This document shows, in pieces, positions 9,824 to 16,466 of a stretch of 35,579 nt of DNA (position 1 is the first letter of the stretch; the number at the start of each line of letters is the position of its first letter). The notes under the pieces were generated by a model that made no database searches, had not been told where the DNA came from, and was given only the letters and a program-made list of their open reading frames with translations. Source of the stretch: an uncultured delta proteobacterium (GTDB lineage: Bacteria > Desulfobacterota > Binatia > UBA9968); assembly GCA_963755715.1 (NCBI GenBank), contig CAVWLW010000020.1:1-35579 (forward strand). The letters run 5' to 3'. A program made the translations under genes and the position numbers.

Positions 9824-10354
9824 ATGCGCAAGGTCGCCTGGTCGGCTTTCACCTCAGTTTTCGTCTTGGCCGTTGCGAACGCGTACGCCCTCGATTCACT
9901 CTACAGTCGCAATCTCTCCTGCTCGCGCTTTTCAGCGCCGCGCGAGCGCCAACTATGCGAAGCCCTGGAGCGGGAGATGGAATGGACGTGGACCGGACAT
10001 GCGATTATCGCACCGAGTTTTCGCGTAACCTTCGCCACCGTCAAAAAGGTTTATTGCGTTCTTTCCGTAACCGCGCAAGATACGCCTTCACTGGTCAGGA
10101 TGGTCGTGCAGACCGAGCGGAAGACGGATGGCACGATGGCGGACATGCAGCTTCAAAACGGCGGCCGATTTCTGCTTTATGCGCTCGGCAAACAAGCCTT
10201 GAGTGCATTTCCGGAGCAGCAAAATAATTGGGACAAACTAGAGCAGCAGATCGCAAAAAATCTCAAAGAAGAAATCGCGTTGTACAGCGCCGATCCCGGT
10301 GTCATCTGGAATCCGGCGAATCCGCAGTATTTATTTCGCAACGGCTGCCGATAA
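9824..10354 (+). CDS. Hypothetical secreted protein
   Basis: Starts 9 nt after purU; Sec-type signal peptide (ANAYA|L), four Cys; no recognisable family. Confidence 0.6.
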   Translation: MRKVAWSAFTSVFVLAVANAYALDSLYSRNLSCSRFSAPRERQLCEALEREMEWTWTGHAIIAPSFRVTFATVKKVYCVLSVTAQDTPSLVRMVVQTERKTDGTMADMQLQNGGRFLLYALGKQALSAFPEQQNNWDKLEQQIAKNLKEEIALYSADPGVIWNPANPQYLFRNGCR

Positions 10355-10401
10355 CCGGCGCAAATTGCGCCGAGCATTGCGCTTGTGCCAAGACACTTCG
10401 A

Positions 10402-10430
10402 TTGACAATCCGGGGAGCATTGGATAAATA
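10402..10430 (+). promoter_or_regulatory. Putative sigma70 promoter for the UbiD unit
   Basis: TTGACA at 10402-10407, 17-nt spacer, AT-rich but imperfect -10 (TAAATA). Confidence 0.35.
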
Positions 10431-10471
10431 TTTTTGCATAAACTTTTTCATAACATAGCTAGGAGGCCGAC

Positions 10472-11918
10472 ATGGCTAAGGATCTTACGAACGTTTATTG
10501 CGGACTGTCAACGCGAGCTGCCGGGAGAGGTGATTCACATCACCAAGGAAGTCAATCCGGCAAACTATGATGTTACCGCGATCATCAAACATCTCGGCGC
10601 GCAAAAAAGATTTCCGATTATTATTTTCGATAATCCGCTGAATTTAAACGGCAAAGTCGGCCCGATCAAGCTGACAATGAACTGCGAAATTTCGCAAGGC
10701 AAGACCCAGATCGCTCTCGGCATGCCGCGTAACTCGACGCGTCCACAGATGGCCGACAAATGCCTGGAGATGGAAGAGCATCGCGTCCCGCCGACGATCA
10801 TCAGCAAAAAGGACGCGCCAATAAAGGAAAACACCATGGTCGGGAAAGACGTCGATCTGTATCAGATTCCGATCATGCGCCATCATGAAATGGACGGCGG
10901 GCCGTACATCGTTCTGTCGACGGTCACCAAAGATCGAAAAAGCGGCATCTACAATTGTTCGTACCACCGGATGGAAGTGAAATCGAAGACCACCACCGCC
11001 CTTTATGCCTCGCCGCGCCATCTGTGGAAGATTTTCAAAGACTACGAAGAAAACAATCAAGAGATGCCCGTGGCGACCGTGCTCGGTCATCATCCGGCCT
11101 ACCACATGGGCGCTTGCTACAGCGGACCTTTCGAAGTCAGCGAGTACGATGTGATCGGCGGCTACTTGGGCGAACCGCTGCGCTTGGTTGCTTCGGAAAC
11201 GTTTGGCGACGATTTGCTCATTCCCGCGGATGCTGAAGTCGTCATCGAAGGCGTGCTCAAGCCGGGCGGTCGTGTGGTTGAAGGCCCCTTCGGTGAAGCG
11301 CCTGGTTATCTCGGTCCGCAGCGTTACACGACTTGCGTCGAATACGAGGTTAAGGCGATCAACTATCGCAACGGCGCCATGTACCAGTCGGTAATTACGC
11401 CGGAAGGCGACAAGCCGTGGATGGATTTGCCGCGCGAAGGCGCCTATTTGCGCCGCTGCCGCGAGGCGGTACCAGGCGTCACAGCGGTCTGCAAGCAGGG
11501 CCGCCACGCGCATTACAATGTTTTCATCTCGATGAAAAAACTGTCCGAAGGGGATCCGGCACGCGCCGCCGCCGCCGCGTTGACCTTCGATCACACCAAG
11601 AATGTCTTCGTGTTCGATGACGATATCGATGTTTTCAATCCGACCGATATTCTCTGGGCGATTGCGACCAGGGTTCAGCCGCATCTTCAGGTCAATATCC
11701 TGAAGCCCTTGTTCCGCGGCAATTTCTTGGATCCCTCGCTACGAGACGAGATCAAGACTTCAGGGATGATCGTCGATGCGACAAAACCGACGGACCGGCC
11801 GTTCTCGCCGGTGTCCAAGTGCCCGGATGAAGCGATGGCGCGCATCAAACTCGAAGAGTACGTGCCGGGTGAAGTGTTGCAGCATATTCCGATGGACCGA
11901 ACGACCTATTGGGCGTAG
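10472..11918 (+). CDS. UbiD-family prFMN-dependent (de)carboxylase; probable 1-nt insertion at about 10484
   Basis: AGGAGG precedes ATG 10472 (MAKD), which joins LRTFI by removing one T. Motifs: DGGPYI, YNCSYHRM, IPADAEVVIEG, EGPFGE (catalytic Glu), VFDDDIDVFNPTDILWAIATR, MIVDATKP. Confidence 0.92.
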
Positions 11919-11962
11919 GCGGTTGCGGAATCTGATTGGATTTAATTATTTGAGGAGGAATC

Positions 11963-12109
11963 ATGGGTCAGGCGGTCGAAATTACATGTCCAAACTGTAA
12001 GAAAATTTTCGTGGTGAATCCCCACATGCTGGGATCGGGAATGAACTTTCATTGCCCGTTTTGCGATCTATACTTTCCGGAAAAAGACAGCCCTAAAATC
12101 CGCAAGTAG
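11963..12109 (+). CDS. 48-aa zinc-ribbon protein (CxxC...CxxC), candidate UbiD accessory subunit; not in the ORF track
   Basis: GAGGAGG RBS; MGQAVEITCPNCKKIFVVNPHMLGSGMNFHCPFCDLYFPEKDSPKIRK*. Confidence 0.85.
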   Translation: MGQAVEITCPNCKKIFVVNPHMLGSGMNFHCPFCDLYFPEKDSPKIRK

Positions 12110-12120
12110 CATTCATCATC

Positions 12121-12150
12121 GGCTACGGCGATTTTCGCCGTGGCCCTTTT
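12121..12150 (+). terminator. Putative intrinsic terminator closing the ubiD/zinc-ribbon unit
   Basis: GGCTACGGCGA-TTT-TCGCCGTGGCC (11-bp stem with one G-U pair) followed by CTTTT. Confidence 0.6.
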
Positions 12151-12169
12151 GGTATTTTAGCCACACATC

Positions 12170-14464
12170 ATGAAAACAAAGCAAAGCTATGCGGTGGCGG
12201 GGACCAACGCGCACCGCGTCGACGGCATCGAAAAAGTCACGGGCAAGGCGGTCTACACGACCGATCTCCAACTCCCCGGCATGGCGCACGCGCGCATCCT
12301 CAGAAGTCCGGTGGCGCACGCAAAGCTCGTCAAAGTCGAGGCTTCCAAGGCGAAAGCGTTTCCGGGAGTGATCGCCACGCTCACCCGCGACGATATTCAA
12401 GCTTTCAATTACAAATACGGCGCGACCTACAAAGATCAATCGATCGTCGCGGTCGACAAGGTACGCTACGTCGGTGACCCGGTTGCGGCCGTGCTCGCTG
12501 ACGATCCGGCGATCGCGGAAGCGGCGCTAGAGCTGATCGAAGTCGAATACGAAGAGCTCCCTAAAGTAACGAACATAGAAGAAGCCACGGCGCCGGGCGC
12601 CGCTCTGGTGCACGAAGCCGGCGTTGCTCGTGCGGAGTTACGCGGTTCGGTTTACGGCGCGCCGGAAAGATTCAACGGCACGAATATCTGTTACTACCTG
12701 ACCTTCGCTCGCGAAGACGTAGCCAAGGGCTTTGCCAAGGCGGATCATATCTTCGAAGACACCTTTCGCTTTCAAAAAGTCCAGCACTATTCTTTGGAAG
12801 CGCACAACAACATCGTTTATTACGACGGCGAGAAGCTAACGGTCTGGGCATCCTGCCAAGATCCGTTTACCTTGCGCGATCATCTTTCCGGTATCTTTCG
12901 GCTGCCGCTCAGCCGCATCCGCGTCATCGTTCCCTACGTCGGCGGCGGTTACGGCGGCAAGCTCTACGTCAAGGGCGAACCGATTTCAGCAGCATTAAGC
13001 TGGATGACCCACCGGCCGGTAAAGCTTCAGTTCTCGGTCAATGAAAGCTTCAAGACGATTACGCGCCATCCGGCACGAGTCACCATCAAAACCGGCGTCA
13101 CCAAAGACGGTAAATTGATCGCGCGCGACTGCCAAGTTTACATGGACACCGGTGCCTACGCCGACGCGGGTCCGCGGGTGACCCAGAAAGCGGCCTATCG
13201 CTCGCTCGGTCCTTATAAGATTCCGTATGCGAACGTCGAAGCTTACGGCGTTTATACGAATACAGTTCCTGCCGGCGCGTTTCGCGGCTTTGGCGCGCTG
13301 CAAGTGACCTGGGCGTATGAATCGCAGATGGACATGATCGCCGAGCGCCTCGGTCTCGATCCATTGGAATTTCGTCTCAAAAATTTGCTCAAGAAAGGCG
13401 ATCTCTACACGGTCGGCGACACGCCGGTGGATTGCGATTTGAAAGAAGGACTGCTCAAAGTCGCCGATGCGATCAAGTGGCAAGAAAAAAGTAAGACGCC
13501 CAATCGCGCCAAGGGTCTCAGCTGCTGCATCAAAGATGCCGGCGGCACCTACAAAGTCGCCGGCGCCACGGTGAAGATGTCGTCGGACGGCAGCGTGGTC
13601 CTGCTCACCGGAACGGTGGAAATAGGGCAGGGGCCACGGACAGCGTTGAGCCAGGTGGTCGCCGAAGAACTTTCGTTGCCCATGGACCAGATCACCGTCG
13701 CCCAGCTCGATACCGACGTGACACCCTACGATATCTCCACCAGCGCGAGTAGTTCTATGGTGGTTATGGGAACAGCGGTTTTACGAGCGGCCGAGGACGT
13801 CAAGAAGCAACTTCTGCAGTGCGCTGCAAAGGTTCTCAAACAGAAGGCCGGCAACCTCAGATTACACAATGGTCACGTCGTCGTTGGCGAGCGTCCGGTC
13901 ATTTCATTCAGTAAAGTGATCGTTGATTTCTTTGGCAGCAAGGCCGGAGAAATTATCGGCAAGGGCCTGTACAAGGATAAACGCAATGCCAAGGCGGTCT
14001 TGGGCTCGACCACAACCTTCTGGGAAGTCGGTTGGGGCGGCGTCGAAGTCGAGGTCGACCCTGACACGGGCGTCATTCATCTGCTCAAATATGTTTCCGC
14101 CTGCGACACCGGCAAAGCGATTAACCCCGAGCAGTGCATCGGTCAAGACGAGGGCGCGGTGATGTTCGGCATCGGCCACACGCTAATGGAAGAGATGGTT
14201 TACGAAGACGGTCAGTTGCTGAACGGCAATCTCGTCGACTACACCGTGCCGAGATTCAATGACGTTCCCGATAACCTGGACACCATCTTGATCGAAAACG
14301 GGAACGGTCCTGGTCCGTTCGGCTCCAAGGGCATCGGCGAAGGCGGGCTGTTGCCGGTCGCTTCGGCGATTGCCAATGCGGTATCGCGCGCGGTCGGCGT
14401 GCGCATTCAAGAATTACCTTTGACGCCTCCGAAGATTTGGCGCGCCATGCAGGCCAAAGCCTAG
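12170..14464 (+). CDS. Xanthine dehydrogenase family molybdopterin-binding (large) subunit
   Basis: RVDGIEKVTGKAVY, ILRSPVAHA, DKVRYVGDPVAAV, VGGGYGGK, GAFRGFG, EIGQG, GSKGIGE (catalytic Glu), LPLTP. Confidence 0.93.
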   Translation: MKTKQSYAVAGTNAHRVDGIEKVTGKAVYTTDLQLPGMAHARILRSPVAHAKLVKVEASKAKAFPGVIATLTRDDIQAFNYKYGATYKDQSIVAVDKVRYVGDPVAAVLADDPAIAEAALELIEVEYEELPKVTNIEEATAPGAALVHEAGVARAELRGSVYGAPERFNGTNICYYLTFAREDVAKGFAKADHIFEDTFRFQKVQHYSLEAHNNIVYYDGEKLTVWASCQDPFTLRDHLSGIFRLPLSRIRVIVPYVGGGYGGKLYVKGEPISAALSWMTHRPVKLQFSVNESFKTITRHPARVTIKTGVTKDGKLIARDCQVYMDTGAYADAGPRVTQKAAYRSLGPYKIPYANVEAYGVYTNTVPAGAFRGFGALQVTWAYESQMDMIAERLGLDPLEFRLKNLLKKGDLYTVGDTPVDCDLKEGLLKVADAIKWQEKSKTPNRAKGLSCCIKDAGGTYKVAGATVKMSSDGSVVLLTGTVEIGQGPRTALSQVVAEELSLPMDQITVAQLDTDVTPYDISTSASSSMVVMGTAVLRAAEDVKKQLLQCAAKVLKQKAGNLRLHNGHVVVGERPVISFSKVIVDFFGSKAGEIIGKGLYKDKRNAKAVLGSTTTFWEVGWGGVEVEVDPDTGVIHLLKYVSACDTGKAINPEQCIGQDEGAVMFGIGHTLMEEMVYEDGQLLNGNLVDYTVPRFNDVPDNLDTILIENGNGPGPFGSKGIGEGGLLPVASAIANAVSRAVGVRIQELPLTPPKIWRAMQAKA

Positions 14465-14538
14465 ATTCATCTGCTGCTTTAACTATTCGCAAGCATTACT
14501 TGAGCTTTGCCATGGCGACTTGACGGGGACCATCGAAG

Positions 14539-15042
14539 CTAAAGATCCAAGACTTCGCCGCACTGCTTGCAGGTGACCAACGCGGGATTTGACTTGAGCG
14601 AGCTTGTGGCGCGGCTGACTGCGTCGCCCGGATCGTCGAAACGAACTTCAGTCTCATAGAGATTATTGCCGCATTTTTCGCAGGGCCAGATAAACCGGTC
14701 TATTTCCTCTTTGCCGCGCTGCCGTTCCACCACGTAAGTCCATGAACCGTCCGCGCGCCGGGGTGAATGCGGCGTGTTCTTGGGCAGCAGAAAAATATCG
14801 CCGGCTTGGAGCGTCGCCAGCTCGCGCTTGTTGTCTTGGATGTAGTGAAGATTGAGATCGCCTTCGAGTTGATAAAAAATCTCATCGCCCGGATTGATAT
14901 GAAAATCCTTGCGCCGGTTGGGGCCGCGGGTGACGAAAGCGATGAAGTCCGAGTCCTGCCAAATGACCCGGCGCTGGCCCCAGTCGCCGCGGTTTTCATC
15001 GATCCATTGTTTGAGATTGAAACCCTTTAAGTGTGGAAACAT
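14539..15042 (-). CDS. nbaC: 3-hydroxyanthranilate 3,4-dioxygenase
   Basis: GPNRRKDFHINPGDEIFYQLEGD and PHSPRR (His/Glu/His iron ligands), VVERQR, rubredoxin-like CEKC and CKQC. GGAGG precedes ATG 15042. Confidence 0.85.
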   Translation of the reverse strand: MFPHLKGFNLKQWIDENRGDWGQRRVIWQDSDFIAFVTRGPNRRKDFHINPGDEIFYQLEGDLNLHYIQDNKRELATLQAGDIFLLPKNTPHSPRRADGSWTYVVERQRGKEEIDRFIWPCEKCGNNLYETEVRFDDPGDAVSRATSSLKSNPALVTCKQCGEVLDL

Positions 15043-15108
15043 AGGACCTCCATCCGCGATCATCACTATAGAATTGCGCCGGGGCGCGAATCAAGCTAAA
15101 TCAAACTT

Positions 15109-15603
15109 GTGTTCACGGTCAAAAAACAACGAGTAACGTTGAAGACAGGTCGGGTCGGTTTAATCTCGGACACCCACGGCTTGCTCCGGCCCGAAGCGTT
15201 GGCAGCGTTGCAAGGCTCCGAGCTGATCATCCACGCCGGCGACATCGGCAAACCGGAAGTCCTTGCTTCGCTCAAGTCAGTAGCGCCAGTCCTTGCGATC
15301 CGCGGCAACAACGACCGAGAACCGTGGGCCAAAAAAATCCCCGACATTTTGCATCTGCACGTCAACGGCGTTTGCTTGTTTATCATCCACAACGTGAATG
15401 ATCTGGAAGTCGATCCTGCGGCGAAAGGATTCCATGCCGTCATCAGCGGCCACTCGCATAAGCCGAGTCTTACCAATAGTGACGGAGTAATCTTCCTCAA
15501 TCCAGGCAGCGCCGGCCCACGCCGCTTCAAGTTGCCGGTGGCGCTGGCGCGGCTTAGGATTCAACGAGAAATAGTAAACGCACAAATCGTTGAGCTGTTG
15601 TGA
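15109..15603 (+). CDS. Metallophosphoesterase, YfcE/MJ0936 family (start may be TTG 15139)
   Basis: ISDTHG, IHAGDIG, RGNND, SGHSH, NPGS. Confidence 0.9.
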   Translation: MFTVKKQRVTLKTGRVGLISDTHGLLRPEALAALQGSELIIHAGDIGKPEVLASLKSVAPVLAIRGNNDREPWAKKIPDILHLHVNGVCLFIIHNVNDLEVDPAAKGFHAVISGHSHKPSLTNSDGVIFLNPGSAGPRRFKLPVALARLRIQREIVNAQIVELL

Positions 15604-15743
15604 ACGGGACGAGCTGTTTTTTTACCACAATAGCGTAAATGCTCCCGATAGAAGCATTCGGACTCTAAGAGGGGCTCAAATAGCTCTTTACGCAGCAAGC
15701 TTTAAGAATTAAACCCGGTGATTAAGATTTAACGCAAACTTTA

Positions 15744-15772
15744 TTGACTTTGATTCAGGCGCACGGTAATTA
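15744..15772 (+). promoter_or_regulatory. Putative pyr operon promoter
   Basis: TTGACT, 17-nt spacer, TAATTA; the implied start at about 15779 lies just before the PyrR-binding hairpin. Confidence 0.45.
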
Positions 15773-15782
15773 AGTCACAGTA

Positions 15783-15817
15783 ACCTTTTAATTCGATCCT
15801 GCGAGGTCGAAAAAGGG
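15783..15817 (+). ncRNA. PyrR-binding loop (anti-antiterminator) of the pyr leader RNA
   Basis: CCUUUUAA-UUCGAUC-CUGCGA-GGUCGAA-AAAGG: U-rich lower stem, CNGNGA hexaloop and near match to the ARUCCNGNGAGGYU consensus, directly upstream of pyrR. Confidence 0.85.
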
Positions 15818-15856
15818 CGTCATGACAAAATCCATTCAACAAATCATATTCGCTCG

Positions 15857-15891
15857 AAGACCCTCCCGGTGATCCGCGAGGGTCTTTTTTT
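15857..15891 (+). terminator. Attenuator terminator of the pyr leader
   Basis: AAGACCCTC-C-CGG...CCG-C-GAGGGTCTT hairpin with a T7 tract ending directly at the pyrR ATG. Confidence 0.85.
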
Positions 15892-16443
15892 ATGGCCGAG
15901 ACAAAGAAAATTCTGCTGGAGCGCGCCGATCTTGCGAAAGCCGTCCATCGGATGGCGCGCGAGATCGTCGAGAAATGCGCGGCGCCTAGCGAGTTGGTGC
16001 TGATCGGCATTCGCTCGCGCGGGGTCCATTTGGCGCGACGCTTGGCCCGTAAGATTGAGGAAATCGACAAATTCACGCCGCCGGTTGCCGTGATCGACGT
16101 CACGCCGTACCGCGATGATCGGAGGCAAGAGCAAGACGGAGCGATGGTTGGCGCGATCGAGATTCATGCGGCGGTCGATGACAAAACGATCGTGTTGATC
16201 GACGACGTAATTTTTCGCGGCCGCACGATCCGGGCGGCGATGGAAGCGGTGGAGCGGATTGGCCGGCCCAAGCGCATACTGGTCGCCGCACTGATCGACC
16301 GCGGCGCCCGGGAGTTGCCGATACGCGCCGATATTGTCGGCAAAAACATCGACGTTGGTGCTGGGAAGAGAGTGAACGTGCTCTTGGAAGAAGCGGATGG
16401 GATCGATCAGGTGAATCTTGCTGATTGGCAAGAAAAAAAGTGA
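15892..16443 (+). CDS. pyrR: Pyrimidine operon attenuation protein PyrR (standalone copy; altered PRPP loop)
   Basis: HRMAREIVEK, LIGIRSRGVHLARRL, IDVTPYRDD, VLIDDVIFRGRTIRAA, LIDRGARELPIRADIVGKN. Confidence 0.93.
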   Translation: MAETKKILLERADLAKAVHRMAREIVEKCAAPSELVLIGIRSRGVHLARRLARKIEEIDKFTPPVAVIDVTPYRDDRRQEQDGAMVGAIEIHAAVDDKTIVLIDDVIFRGRTIRAAMEAVERIGRPKRILVAALIDRGARELPIRADIVGKNIDVGAGKRVNVLLEEADGIDQVNLADWQEKK

Positions 16444-16466
16444 CTTAAGTTGAGATATTTAAAGCG

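Noticed and set aside
10434-10471. ORF-track start of ubiD (MHKLFHN...)
   Set aside because: AGGAGG plus ATG 10472 (MAKD-LRTFI) is the far more typical start; the extension results from a 1-nt insertion.
10644-11684. Long antisense ORFs (this one, 19624-20448, 23823-24653, 22983-23771 and similar)
   Set aside because: Shadows of GC-rich coding genes on the opposite strand, with no independent motifs.
12170-14464. Aerobic CO dehydrogenase CoxL
   Set aside because: The active-site loop is AFRGFG, not AYxCSFR, and no coxM/coxS or accessory genes are adjacent.
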